Shown here one piece after another: positions 23,812-37,674 of a DNA stretch of 64,000 nt. Position numbers and translations under genes: made by a program. The DNA lies in assembly GCF_000143415.4 (NCBI RefSeq), contig NW_003314371.1, positions 517,463 through 581,462 of the forward strand. The letters run 5' to 3'. Source of the DNA: Selaginella moellendorffii. Its lineage: Eukaryota; Plantae; Lycopodiophyta. The notes under the pieces were generated by a model. The model searched no databases. It worked only from the letters and a program-made list of their open reading frames with translations, and had not been told where the DNA came from. Positions within the stretch are counted from its first letter, which is position 1, and the number at the start of each line of letters is the position of its first letter.

Positions 23812-26800
23812 ATGGCTTGCGATGTAAAGTCCCCCCCGGTGCAGAGCTTGAGGATTTCTCCGACACTCTCGGGGATGGAAGATCCGGACGGAGTTCTCGC
23901 CAGCGTTGCCCAATGCATCGAGCAGCTCCGGACGACTTCCACGACTCCCCAAGACAAGGAATCGGTCTCCAGGAAGCTCTACGCTCTTGCGGACTCTCGG
24001 GAAGACGCACGAGTCGCCGTGAGCTCTCACGCGCAGGCGATCCCGCTCTTGGTGACGTTGCTCAGATCGGGAACTGTGGCGGCTAAGATCAACGCAGCAG
24101 CCACTCTGGGAGTTCTTTGCAGAGAAGAGGACCTGCGAGTCAAGGTACTGCTCGGTGGATGCATACCACCTTTGCTCTCGCTGCTCAGGCTCGGGTCCGC
24201 GGATGCTCAAACAGCGGCAGCAGTGGCCATCAACGCAGTGACGCGAGGGGGAATCAGAGATCATGTTGGGTCACGGATCTTCTCCACGGAAGGTGTGGTG
24301 CCGAGTCTGTGGCAGCAGCTGCAATCTTCGCCAAAACTGGATTCGGCAGTATATGGTCTTCTCACAGGTGCCTTGAGGAATCTATGCAACAGCACAGACG
24401 GGTTTTGGTCAGCCACCTTACAGGCAGGAGGTGTGGGCATTTTGGTGGACCTGTTGCAAACGGGACGTCCGGATGCTCAGGCAAATGCTTGCTCGCTCCT
24501 GGCGTGCTTGATGACAGCTGCCGAGTCCAGCCGCTCACTAGCGCTGAACGCTGGCGTGGTGCCGCCACTGCTCAAGCTCCTGGCACCTGGGAATGAAGTG
24601 TCAGTTCGAGCGGAAGCAGCCGGAGCACTTCGAGCAGTGTCGCTCGAGCACAGGGACGCAAGCCAGGCGATTGCAAGCGCAGGGGGGATCACTAAGTTGA
24701 TTGCCGCAACGGTGGCACCATCTAAAGAGTTCATGCAAGGGGAATACGCTCAAGCTCTGCAGGACAATGCTATGGGTGCTCTTGCAAATATATCCGGGGG
24801 GATGTCAGCTGTGATCTTGAGTCTCGCCAAGGCCGTGGAGGCTTCGCAGTCGGATTCTCAATCGGCTGACACGATTGGAGCTCTTGCTTATGCGCTTATG
24901 GTGGTTGACGGGAAATCAGAGAATGCAGAGACCGTCAACCCAACGATTATAGAGCGGATTCTGGTAAAGCAGCTCGACACTAAAAAGGCCGTCCTAGTTC
25001 AAGAACGTGTGATTGAGGCGATGGCTAGCCTCTACGGGAACGCATTTTTGGGTCAGCGATTACAGCACGCCGATGCAAAGAAGATGATGGTTGGTTTGGT
25101 TACCTTGGCCAACACTGACATTCAGGAGGAACTTATGACGTCTCTTAGGAAGCTGTGCGGTGGTAAAGAGGATTTGTGGCGATCACTTCGGGGCCGAGAG
25201 GGAGTGCAGCTACTTATATCGTTACTCGGCCTTTCGTCAGAGCAGCAGCAAGAATATGCAGTTTCGCTGCTTTCCATCATGTGCGAGGAGATTGACGAAA
25301 GCAAGTGGGCCATCACTGCTGCTGGTGGCATACCTCCGTTGGTACAGCTTCTCGAAACGGGTTCTACGAAAGCTAAGGAGGACTCGGCTGCTGTGCTTGG
25401 AAATCTCTGCAGTCACAGTGAGGAAATTCGTGCATGCGTGGAAACGGCGGACGCGGTGCCTGCACTGCTTTGGCTTCTCAAAAATGCTGGTCTTAAAGGA
25501 CAGGATATCGCAGCACAAACTCTTACGCAGCTGGTTCGAGACTCCGATGCAAGCACAATCAGTCAACTTAGTGCCATGCTGACAGGGGATCTGCCCGAGT
25601 CGAAGGTTTATGTCCTGGATGTGGTCGGCTGTTTGCTCTCGGTTGCCTCTGAGAACGATATCCTTCGGCATGAGGCAGCGGCAAACGACGCCCTGCAGAC
25701 TGTTATCCGTCTGTTAACTTCGGGCAAAACGGATGCGCAGGGCCGTGCTGCTTCCGTCTTGGCGAACGTCTTTAACTTGAGGAAGGACATGAGGGAGAGC
25801 CAGGTCGTTGCGGAGAGCATTGGACCGTTGATTCATCTTGTGAAAGACGGACCAGAGGCGACTGCGATGCAGGCTGCAAAAGCACTTGCTGCACTTTTCC
25901 GTTCGGTTGAAGCAAACTACTGGATATCCAACGCTGCGAAGCATGCCATCCTGCCGTTGATATCGCTCGCAAAGTCTTCGAACAACGAAATAACTGAGGT
26001 CGCGATTACGGGACTGGCTTATCTTCTACAAAAGACTGAAGTAGCCGTGGAGGCTCCAGCGGAGGAAATTATTCTACCTCTCACCAGAGTTTTACATGAA
26101 GGCTCTCCAGTAGGGAAGGAGAATGCAGCAAGAGCTTTGGTGCAGCTTCTGAATGCTTGTCCAGTGGATGATGCGTTTGCTGATCGCATCCACGAGTGCG
26201 GGACGGTTCTTGCACTCGCGGCGACTGGCTTTGAAGTGGCTGTTTCGTCTCAAGCACTCGAGGCACTGGCTTTACTAGCTAGAGCAAAGCGCGGAGGCAC
26301 TTCTGGCCGCCCTCCATGGGCTGTTCTCTCCGAAGTTCCCGAGAGTATCAGTCCCCTCGTCACTTGTCTCGCTAGCGCAGTACCGGAGTTTACAGAGAAG
26401 GCAATCAAGGTCCTGTCAAGGCTCTGTCGTGACCAGCCCGTCGTCTTGGGAGACATGATTGCAGGCACGTCTACCTGCGTCAGAGCACTGGCAGACCGGG
26501 TGGTAAACTCCTCCAGTTTAGAAGTACGAGTTGGCGCAACCTCTCTTTTGATTTGTGCCGGCAAAGGACACCGAGAGGACGTCATAGACGTCTTGGATGA
26601 AGACAACAGCACTCTTTCTCTCGTTCACGCACTCGTGGAGATGCTGTTACTGAACTCACCTGAAGACAACTTGAGCAGTGGGGATTTCGACAACGCAGAA
26701 ACTCGGTCGAGTGTTCAAGCAGGGCAGCACGAGTGTGATCCAGCTGCTGCACTCGGCGCTACTGTCGCTCTGTGGCTGCTTGCTCTAGTAGCATCGCATG

Positions 26801-29800
26801 ATAACAAGCACAAGGTAGCAATCATGGAAGCGGGTGTCATCGATGTTCTCACCGAGAAACTTGCGAACTTTGTTCCAAATGCACGTCAGGTAATTTATCT
26901 CTTATGTTTATTGGTTGCTCAACTGACTTGTGTTTCCCTTTGCAGGCGGAGGTTGAGAATATTGGAAGCACCTGGGTGAGTGCTTTATTACTAGCTATAT
27001 TGTTCCAAGATCGAGAGGTTACTCGTTCTCCGGCAACAATGCGTGCTGTTCCGTTCCTTGCCATCCTTCTAAAGTCCGAAGAAGCCACCGACCGGTACTT
27101 TGCTGCTCAAGCTCTTGCCAGCCTCGTATGCAATGGTAGTCGGGGAACAGTTCTGGTGGTAGCTAATTCTGGAGCGGTTAGCGGCCTTATACCGCTTCTT
27201 GGCAGTGTGGAAGCTGATATCTCCAACTTGGTTACCTTGTCAGAGGAGTTTTCTCTCGTAAGCAATCCTGACCAGGTTGCTTTGGAGAGACTATTCAGGG
27301 TGGATGACGTAAAGTATGGTGCGACTGCTCGGAAAGCCATTCCTGGTTTGGTGGATCTTCTCAAGCCGATAGCAGACCGACCTGGTGCTCCTCCACTGGC
27401 CTTGGGTTTGCTGACGCAGCTCGCAAGCGGAAACAATTCAAACAAGCTGGCAATGGCAGAAGCCGGAGCACTTGATGCACTGACGAAGTATTTGTCTCTC
27501 GGCCCTCAAGACACCTACGAGGAGGCTGCTGCTGAGCTACTTAGGATTCTTTTTACTTGCCCCGACCTTCGACGTCACGAGTCTGCTCCTGGTGCTGTTG
27601 ATCAGTTGGTGGCTGTTTTACGACTTGGCACACGGAGTGCCAGGTTCACTGCTGCCAGGGCCCTGCAAGGTTTATTTTCTTCGGACAACATCAAGGCCTC
27701 CGACGTAGCTGGTCAAGCTATTCAGCCGCTAGTCGAGATGTTACAGTCGGGTGCAGAAAGGGAGCAGCAAGCTGCAGTTGGTGCTCTGATGAAGCTATCA
27801 GCAGACAATCCTCCGAAGGCTCTTGCTATAGCAGATGCGGAACCAAATGCACTGGAAAGCTTGTGCAAAATTCTCTCTACGAATTGCACTCTGGAGCTCA
27901 AGGAGGAGATCGCCGAACTCTGCCGGGTTCTCTTTTCAAGCTCCCGTGTTCGGGCGACACCAGCTGCTACAAGCTGCATTGAACCTTTGGTGACACTTCT
28001 CTGTTCTGAGAGCGACACTGCGCATTACGCCGGTGCTCGAGCTCTGGACAACCTCCTCGATGATGAGCAGCAAGCAGAAGCAGTAGCTGCCTATGGTGCG
28101 GTGGTTCCATTGGTGGGAATGATGGTCGGTGCCAATTATAACGTACACGAGGCTGCAGTCAGCTGCTTGATCAAGCTGGGGAAAGACAGGCCTCTCTGCA
28201 AGCTGGACATGGTGAAAGCCGGGGTCATTGACAACGTTCTCGAGAGCTTGTTCGCGGCTCCGGATTCTCTATGCTCGTTGAACGCGGAGCTCTTGAGAAT
28301 TCTGACAAACAACAGCAGCATTGCAAAAGGAGCGTCGGCATCAAAGGCAGTTGAACCTTTATTCCTGTCGCTGAGTCGGCCTGAGCTGAGCACCTCCGGG
28401 CAGCACAGTGCAATGCAGGTGCTCGTCAACATTCTGGAGAAACCACAACGTGTGGCAAATTTGAACCTGTCTCCCAATCAAGCGGTGGAGCCTCTTGTGC
28501 TACTTTTGGACTCGGTATCACAGCCCGTGCAACAACTCGCTGCGGAGCTGCTCTCGCTACTGCTTGCCGAGGAACACTTTCAGAAGGATATCGTGACGCA
28601 GCTGGCCGTTGCGCCACTGGTGAAGCTTGTTGGAGCTGCAGTGCAGGGACTGCAGCAGAAGGCACTCAAGGCACTGGAGTGGGCTTCAAACAGCTGGCCA
28701 AATGCTGTTGCGGACGCAGGTGGAATCGCGGAGATTTCCAAGGTTATTTTACAGGTTGATCCTCTGCCGCCCCATGCTCTGTGGGAGTCTGCAGCTTCGG
28801 TTCTCTCCAACATACTGCGGTTCAGCTCTCAGTACTTTTTACAAGTTCCAGTTGCGGTGCTGGTCAAGCTGCTGCGTTCTATCTCGGAGGCTACCGTCGT
28901 CGTGTCACTGAGCGCACTCTTGGTCATCGAGAGGGATGACGCATCGAGCGCTGAGGTAATGGCGGAAAGCGGGGCTGTCGAAGCTCTGCTAGAACTTCTG
29001 CGCTGCCACCAGTGCGAGGAAGCGACAGCACGGCTTTTAGAAGCACTTTTCAACAATGTGAAGGTCCGTGACATGAAGGTCTGCAAGCTGGCGATCGCTC
29101 CGTTGTCGCAGTACCTTCTGGATCCTCAAACCAGGATTCAACCGGCGAAACTGCTAGCAGCCTTGGCTCTGGGGGATATATTCCAGAACGAAGGCCTTTC
29201 ACGAACGACAGACGCCGTCTCGGCATGTCGTGCTTTAGTCAGCTTGCTGGAGGATCAACCGACCGAAGAGATGAAGATGGTAGCTGTCTGTGCTCTGCAG
29301 AACCTGGTCGTAAACAGTCGCTCGAACAAGCGTGCTGTTGCCGAAGCTGGAGGTATCCAGGTTGTGCAGGAGTTGCTCTCCTCTAGCAACTTGGAGATTG
29401 CTGCACAGTCGGCTGCTTTGCTGCGATTATTGTTTTCGAATCACACCATCCAGGAGTACGCGTCAAGCGAAATCATCCAAATACTTTCAGGTAATGGTCA
29501 CCCTTTCACGTTTTCGGTATATAGCTAATTTCTGTTTTCGGCTGCAGCAACTATAGAAAAAGATTTGTGGTCCACCGCGTCGGTGAGTGAGGACGCGTTG
29601 AGGGCCATGGACGTGCTTTTCCTCAACTTTCCCAGGCTCCGGGGCACGGAAGAGGCGACGCTTTGCATCCCTCAGCTCGTTGCGGCACTCAAAGCTTCTA
29701 GCTCGGAAGCGGCTCAGGAGGCTGCACTGGATTGCCTTTATCTGCTAAGGCAAGCCTGGTCGTCAAGTCCCGCGGAGGTTGGCAGAGCGCAGTCGTCAGC

Positions 29801-30378
29801 AATGGCGGAGGCAATCCCGGTATTGCAACTTATGATGAGGTCGGGGCCCCAGCATCTGCACGAGAGGGTGGACAGCCTCCTGCAATGCCTACCGGGAAGT
29901 TTGGTTGTTACTATCAAGCGTGGTATGAACTTGAAGCAATCGATGGGCAGCACGAATGCTTTTTGCAAGCTCACCTTGGGAAATGGCCCTCCTCGGCAGA
30001 CAAGGGTGAATTCCAGTTCTCTCTTCTTGAGGTTCTTATACGTTTCTATCGCATGATTGCAGGTTGTGTCGCACAGCACTACCCCGGAGTGGAAGCAAGG
30101 CTTTGCATGGGCTTTTGACACGCCTCCAAAAGGACAGAAGCTACATATTTCCTGCAAAAGCAAGAATGCATTTGGAAAGGTTTTGAAACTTCTCAGTAGC
30201 CTCTCTGTCGCTGATGTTTGCTTTTGGTTGACAGGGCTCGCTAGGAAAAGTAACAATTCAAATCGATAGAGTAGTGATGGTTGGCACCATAAGTGGCGAA
30301 TATCAGCTGAAACCGGACATGAACCGAGATGGTTCTGCACGAGTATTGGAGATTGAGTTCCAGTGGTCTAACAGGTAA
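23812..30378 (+). CDS. CSI1: CELLULOSE SYNTHASE INTERACTIVE 1-like ARM-repeat/C2 protein
   Basis: Long ARM-repeat exons ([18 protein letters not shown]...) and a C-terminal C2 domain ending EIEFQWSNR*. Confidence 0.95.
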
Positions 30379-31054
30379 CCCGAGAAGGTATCTTCTTCCA
30401 AGTTTTTGTTCCTTTTTTTCTTTTTTCTTTCTTTCTTTCTTCCTGTCTTTCTCTCTTTTCTTTCGTCCCCATTCACATAACCCCAGAGGAGAAGTAGCAA
30501 AGCAGGTGGCTTGGCTTGGATTTACTCCTGTATATGTTGTAGGCATTCTTAAGATTTGTAGTCCTTCGCTTGGGACGATGGTATTCATCGTCCCTTACTT
30601 GCTCCTGGCTGGCTTGCTTACATAGCTGGCTGCTGAAATGTGTAAAGTGGTGGTGTTGCTGCTGGAAAATAGGAAATTTTTGTTGTTTTTTAGGAAGGAC
30701 AAGCGAGTCGGCTGAGTTTTCCTTGTGTGCTTTTGTTTGTTTCGTGTGATTATTGCTTTGTTATTATTGAGCTATCATGATCTCCATCAAACCAAAAGGT
30801 TAGTTCTCTGGTTCTTGCTGGTCAAAGCCATTTGAATCAGGGTTTGTGTTTCATAGGTGGGAGCAAAAACTAAAGAGCCGACTTGTCGGCTGGCAAGCGG
30901 ATCGGACAAAGCCTGTGCATCGACTGGTTATATTGCCTTCGCAGGTTTGGTTGTTTTTCTTTCTTTTTTTTTCTTCTCGGTTTGTTATCAAAAAGGAGTT
31001 TTTTTCCCCTTTTTCTCTGGCACAGTCTCCGCTGTGTAGGTGGTTTGGAGAAAC

Positions 31055-33114
31055 ATGGCGCCGGGAGGAATGCCCAATTATACCAAGCTCAGCAACGGAG
31101 GTAATGCGGGCTCGTATGCAATCCCACCGTCGCCGCCGGCCGATCACAGCAAGGTCCGATCTTCTCATCACACTCTCTTTGAGATGCTGAGCAGTGATCA
31201 AGGCTCGTCCTCGTCTCTGGAACAGCCCCAGTTGTCTACTGCTGCTCAGCACTTCCAGCAAGTCCTTGGGAATCCTCTTCTCCCCCCTCTCGCTCCGCCT
31301 TCGATGTCTCTCATCTCCGTGGTGGATCAACAGCAGCAGCAGCAGCAGCAAATGATCAGGCAACAGCCGCCACAGCAGCCGCAAAATCACTCTTTTCCCA
31401 TTCGAAGCAACGCCGGCGCACAGCAGCAGGCTTTAATGCTCGCCCAACAGCAGCAGCAAGAGAGCAGCAAACAGGAATCTCTGCAAGAACGGGTCAATGC
31501 GATTCTCAGTTGTCCGCTCAACACTTTCAACGACGCATCCACCAGCGATGTCAAGCTCACACTCATCAGTCGGGACGTAGTCGGGGGCCTCACAGTCACT
31601 GTCCATGTCCACACGCGGGTTCTCGTTGCCTCGAGCAGGTATTTTGCCGCTAAGCTTGCTTACAGGCAGCAGCAAGTCCACACTGCGGCCCCCTATTCCG
31701 TCGAGATCTCCGACTGCGAGGACGTCGAGATTTATCTCCTCACTATCCGGCTTATGTACTCGTCCGACTTCAAAAGGATGCTACTCCACGAGAACGTACA
31801 AAGAGTGCTCGCCATTCTCAAGGTTCGTCTTTTCCTTGTTGTCCAATTCTTTTTTGTGTTTGTCTGTCGATTGATTTCATGCGGTGTTTCCTGTGGCTGC
31901 CTTGTCCTCGTGCATGGCTTAGCTTTTGTGTGCTGTTATCTATATTCTGGAGATCGTGTTTGATGCCCACATGTTCTTGCTTGATAAGAAAACTGGCTAA
32001 ATTCTGTGAGGTGCGACAGGTTGCATCTGCCATCGTTTTCGAGGCGGCCATTGTAGCAAGTCTGGAGTATTTGGAAGCAGTGCCGTGGTGCGAGGACGAG
32101 GAGGAAAAGATCTTCTGTCTCGTCTCGCAATTACAAAACGACTATCCCTCGGTCGCCGGTAGCGTCCTCGGCAGGCTCGTAAGGCCTGCAAGGCCGTCCG
32201 TGTTGGCTCTCCCGCCACCGATCTGTCCTTCACAAAGGAGCAGTGACAACGACTTCTCGCTACTCCAGCCGGAGGAGGTACTGGTAAAGCTGGTGCGCTG
32301 CGTCATCAAAGCTACCGATGAGAAAGCCCGGCGGGAGATGAAACCACTCGTCTCGAGGCTCTTGCGAGAGAACACAGCAGCACTAGCAAGCAACAAAAGC
32401 TCCACGGCAGGCCTCAACACCACCGCCACCACCACAGTGATCGACGTGAGCAAAGAGTCGCTCTACGACGCATGCAAGGAGTGCCTCCAGGAGCTGTCGG
32501 ACGCCTTCTCTCGGCTGACCGAGCAGCAGCAGCAGCCAGCATCGTCTGCTCAAGCTCCGAGCCTGGTTTCAGCGGCCATTGCCCGTCACGTCGACAACAT
32601 CCAGTGGCTGGCGGAGCTGCTCATCGACCGAGGCGTCGCGGAGGAGCTGGTTCACATCTGGTCCCGCGAGAGTCAGTTGGCCGCGATGCACAGGCTACTC
32701 CCGGCGATGCAGCGGCACGAAGTGAGCCGGATCACCGCGAGGCTGTGCGTTGGCATCGGCCGGGGGCAGATAATGGCTCCACAGCAGGTCCGCGCGCTGC
32801 TCCTCGCGACTTGGCTGGAGCCGCTCATGGACGACTTCTCGTGGATGCAAAGGCTGGCCTCCAAGATGACTTGTTCCAGCCTCTGCTACGCCGGTGGCAA
32901 TGGTGGTGGGTTTCTGGTCTTGGATAAGAAGACCGTGGAGGAGGGGCTGTGCCAGACGATTCTCACACTCTCGCTCGAGGAGCAGCGCTCCATCCTCATG
33001 TCGTGGTTCGAGAAATTCTCCCGGGATGGTGACAATTGTCCGAATTTGCAGCGCGCTTTCGAGGTGTGGTGGAGGAGAACTTTTGCTTCGGGCATTGGGC
33101 GACAGCCGCAATGA
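31055..33114 (+). CDS. Plant BTB/POZ-domain protein with poly-Q N-terminus
   Basis: SDVKLTL, VLVASSRYFAAKL, LEYLEAVPW and CPNLQRAFEVWWRR. Intron about 31823-32020. Confidence 0.88.
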
Positions 33115-33273
33115 AAGTGTTGTTACATGTGCTTGACATAGTCTCCAAAGTTTTTTTTTTTGCTTTTCTATTTTGTTTTCTTACTGTCCATAGCTAAAGA
33201 AGCATAAGAGCCTCGGAAAATATAGGATCTTTAAGCTTGAGAGAGTATAAACTCTCCTAGGATTTTCACAACC

Positions 33274-34827
33274 ATGGCTGTGATATTTGGTGTATGCTTT
33301 GCTAGTTCCATCTTTCTCTTGGTTGTGTGGAGGATCTTGTCTTCCAAGTTGAATTGCCTTCCACCGGGGCCATGTGGTCTGCCTCTGATCGGCCATCTCC
33401 ACATGCTACGAGGAATGCCGCCTTACAAGGCACTAGAATCTCTATCACGGAAGTATGGTCCTATTATGTCCTTGAGGCTGGGAATGATCCCCGCTGTTGT
33501 CATCTCGAGCAAAGACTTGGCAAGAGAGTTCTTCAACGCACACGATGCAAACTTCTCCAACCGGCCATACATGATCATTGGAGACCCTCGCTATGGCTTT
33601 GTGAGCCTGGCAACTTCTCCGTATATTGGGCGGCACTGGAAGAACATTAGCAAGCTCTACACCAGGATGCTCTTCACGGCCAAGTGTATCGATTCCTTCT
33701 CCTGGGTGAGGAGTGACGAGCTCTCTCATGTCCTTGATTTTGTCTTGAAGTCCAGTGACAGGAGCATCGCCGTTGACGTGAGAGTTCTATCGTCGACATT
33801 TTTGTTCAATATCATGTCCCGGATTCTGATGAGCAAGAGGTACTTTGGCCACGGTGGGGCTCCTGATTCTGGCGTGGATGAAGACGCGGTGGAGTTCAAG
33901 CAAGTGACCCAGGAAGTTATGAGCTTGATCTTGAAACCTTGTGTGAGTAACTTTGTCCCGAGCTACCTGAGGTGGCTCGACTGGCAGATCCCTCGCTACA
34001 AGCAAGTCCGTGCCAAGCAGGACAAGTTCATGCAAAAGGTTGTGGACGAGCACAAGAAGACGACGAGAGAGTCCAAGGACCTCGTGGACATGGCGCTCGA
34101 GTCCTTTCGAGGAGATGCACAAGCCGAGCTCTACACTAAAGCCAGCTTGTTGGTAAGAACACCTTTCTTCTTGGATAATCGTCCATATGCGATAAACTTT
34201 CAGGAAACCCTTTTGGGTGGAACTGAGACAACTGGCGTCACTTGCGAATGGATCATGGCGGCAGTGATGCACAATCCGCAGGTCTTAACAAACCTCCAGG
34301 AAGAGCTCCAAAGAGTTGTGGGAAGCACACGAATGGCTCGAGAATCGGACATCTCGAAGCTGGAGTATCTTCAGGCCGTCATCAAGGAAACGTTCCGGCG
34401 GTATCCTCCAGCAACACTCCTCATGCCACGCACCGCCCACAAGGCAACCACGATTGGAGGCTATCACATCCCAAAGGGCACCACCTTGCTCGTAAACTCG
34501 TGGGCGATTGGGATGGATCCGGCAGTGTGGGAGGATCCCACCCAGTTCCTCCCCGATCGTTTCCTCGGGATCCCTATCGATATCAAAGGCCATGACTTCG
34601 AGCTCATCCCGTTTGGATCCGGTCGACGAAAATGCCCGGGAATGGCATTGGGATTGCGAGCAGTGGAGCTGCTCGTGGCAAATCTCATCCATGGCTTTCA
34701 CTGGAGCTTCGTTCCTGGGATGACATTGTCCATGGAGGATGAGTGTCACAGCGTCTCTCAGCTAAAGATTCCATTGCAAGCAATAGCCGTGCCAAGGCTA
34801 CCAAAGGAAGTATATGCTAACATATAA
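33274..34827 (+). CDS. Cytochrome P450, CYP71 clan, paralogue of the 13747 gene
   Basis: Intron 34153-34203. Motifs GGTET, ETFR, PDRF and FGSGRRKCPG. Confidence 0.93.
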   Translation: MAVIFGVCFASSIFLLVVWRILSSKLNCLPPGPCGLPLIGHLHMLRGMPPYKALESLSRKYGPIMSLRLGMIPAVVISSKDLAREFFNAHDANFSNRPYMIIGDPRYGFVSLATSPYIGRHWKNISKLYTRMLFTAKCIDSFSWVRSDELSHVLDFVLKSSDRSIAVDVRVLSSTFLFNIMSRILMSKRYFGHGGAPDSGVDEDAVEFKQVTQEVMSLILKPCVSNFVPSYLRWLDWQIPRYKQVRAKQDKFMQKVVDEHKKTTRESKDLVDMALESFRGDAQAELYTKASLLVRTPFFLDNRPYAINFQETLLGGTETTGVTCEWIMAAVMHNPQVLTNLQEELQRVVGSTRMARESDISKLEYLQAVIKETFRRYPPATLLMPRTAHKATTIGGYHIPKGTTLLVNSWAIGMDPAVWEDPTQFLPDRFLGIPIDIKGHDFELIPFGSGRRKCPGMALGLRAVELLVANLIHGFHWSFVPGMTLSMEDECHSVSQLKIPLQAIAVPRLPKEVYANI

Positions 34828-36078
34828 TTATTTCGAAGATTCTTAGAATATTCAAGTGGGGCACCATTAAATTAAAGGATTTTAACCTGATTTTAAAATT
34901 TTAATTAGTCATTTTTGGTAATAAGAACTTTTAATCAGGTCCCATTAAATTAGTTAAGTGTTAACACCAGCCATTAATATATACCATTTCTAGCCATTTC
35001 TAGAACATGTAGAAGTGCTTTACTTTATGTTCTATGGGTATCAACATTGATTGTCATGGTTGATCCCACAAAACTTAACATCACTGTCCCTCTGGTGCTC
35101 GATTTGTAGAGGTGCTGCCCTTTGCCCAACTTGGGTGGTGGCTCTCAAGCACAAAATTTGAGACACGCTCACCATAAACTTCTCTACACAGAAAAAAAAG
35201 CGGAAAAACCATTCACTCAATCAAGAAGGGAAGAAAAAGTCTGAACGATGATGCTATTTTGGAATATTCTTAGAATATTCAAGTACATCAAAAACAATTC
35301 AGAAAGAACTATTTGTTTTTTTTGGAAATATTAAAAAACATCTTTATCTATTCAATTTTCATTCAGTTGTTAAAATTTCAATTTTATTTCCAACCACAAT
35401 TACCATATTTAGGTTGAATTGTTGTTAGTATAGCTATTGAAATTATTGAGTAATAATATTCACTCAACTCTTACCAAACATATTTTATCTTGTATTATAA
35501 ATTCCTAAAAACAAGAAAAACATTTATATCTTTTATTCTTTTAAGTTTATTTATGATAAAATTAAAATAGCTTACTTTCTATTTTAATTTCTTAGATCAT
35601 ACTTAAAAAATTATAGTACTTCTTCATTCTAAAATATTAAAATGATTATGTGTATTTGTTGTCCACCAAACTTTATTAATTTCTTTTTCTTAGTTATAAA
35701 CATTTTGTATTGTTAGAAATGTGATAATTAAATAATTTTAATTTTTTTTAATAGATTACACTACTTTTTTCTCTTGGTATATAAAACAATGTAACAACAT
35801 ATTGAAAAACAAATACACAGACACCATAATAGTTTACAACAGTATTTAATTTCAATAAGACATTTATTTCTGAATATAAAATAGCTTTATAATTTAATTT
35901 TACATTTAATATTTAAAATTGTCACAATAATATCACAACTATTTTTAAAATGATTTCTGACATACTTATTAAATATAATTTTCCTAAAACAGTCAAAAGG
36001 TTTAAAAAATACTAAATATTCAATACAGTTCTGTTTTTATTAATTCTACATTTATCAGTATAAAATTAATAATATCAT

Positions 36079-36080
<2 letters not shown>

Positions 36081-36132
<52 letters not shown>
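36081..36132. repeat. (AT)n microsatellite
   Basis: Perfect AT run. Confidence 0.95.
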
Positions 36133-36135
<3 letters not shown>

Positions 36136-37254
36136 GTCACATAAAATAATATAATGATTTGATTTTCTTTTTCTAACTTATAATTTTCTTTGTATTTCCA
36201 TTTTCTCTACTTATAACCAGCTATTAAGTTGCTAAAACTTTTCATTTTTCAAACCATGGATTTATGGTTTCAATAATTATTATATTAAAGATTTAGTGTA
36301 CAATTCACATGGTGATGGGTTAGTTTATCATATTTGAGTGATATATATATGACTCAAAAGTATAAGAAAAAATCTATTTATAACAGATATCTTTAGCTTT
36401 TATGAATAAGAATATTTTAGTTTTATTTTAATGTATTTTGAGATAAGGAAGAAGATGATAATATATACTTTTGGAACCTATACTTTATTTTCTATGAGAA
36501 TTTTGAAATAACTATTAAATCTTTTTTTTTTGGACTTGACATTTATTTTTGTGAAATTTTATTTAATTAACAATACTTTACAATTTCATCATTTTTTTAG
36601 TTTAGAATTAGATAGTCTAAATTTACTATAGACAACTATTTAAGCTGAATATAAATAAAATGATATTTTGAATTTTTTTTTGTTTTAATGTTATTTACCC
36701 CAATATTAAGTAATTCAACTTGAAAAGAAATAGTTGCTTGAGTATAAAAGAGTCACTTGTGAATTAGATATCTAAATTTTATGGTTTTATATCCTTCATG
36801 ACAATATCTCCAAATTTCATTTTATAAACTTTTTATATTAATATTATAAATTTCTCTTGCAATTATCAGCTACCAAAATAGAAAATGAACGAGTTTAATT
36901 TTTCTTAGTAATAATATAATATTAAAAGTTAATTTTACTCAGTAATAATGCATTGTGTAGAGATAATAAACTGAACCTAAAAATAAATTAATACTTTTGT
37001 GTTTGAGGAAGTTATTGTAAAACTATTATTCTATGTGAGTCAGTGTTTCTATTACACTAAATATATTTTAGAATTCTTCTTCAAATGCATTGAAAATAGT
37101 TAATTGAATAAGTAAGATTCAAAAACCATAAAGGACTATAAACTTGAAGCATTTGAAATCTCATATTCTACTATTTAATCATTTCTGTTTTGCTGTGTAA
37201 AGAATATAGTTAGAATATCCAAAAATATTGAAATATTCACCACTGCTCTTAATA

Positions 37255-37655
37255 AGCAGGACAAGTTCTTGCAAAAGATTGTCGACCATCAGCACGGGAA
37301 TGCGAGGACTTCCTTGATATCATGCTCGAGTTCTACGGAGCAAATACCCAGGGAGAAACACACATCAAGGCAAATCTCTTGGTAAGAGTTCTTGCTAGTT
37401 TGTGATCGCAATAACTTTCATTCCAGGATGATACTTCTGCCACCACAAGCGAGTGGCTCATTGCCTCGGTGATGTACAATCCTCGGATTTTGATCAAACT
37501 CCAGGAAGAGCTTGACAGAGCCGTAGGTGGCAACCGAATGGTCCAAGAATCCGACCTGACATTGGTGAATGCTTGGGCCGTCCACATGGATCAGCAGTAG
37601 CGCTTACTACCTAAGACTCCACTGCAAGCCATGCCACTCCAAGACTGGCCATCAG
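37255..37655 (+). pseudogene. P450 pseudogene fragment
   Basis: KQDKFLQKIV, DFLDIMLEFYG, the shared intron, DTSATTSEW and KTPLQA, with large deletions. Confidence 0.8.
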
Positions 37656-37674
37656 ATATTAGCGAACTCGCCTT

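Noticed and set aside
24117-29086. Many antisense or alternative-frame ORFs within CSI1, the P450s and PPR genes
   Set aside because: Shadow ORFs of genuine coding exons.
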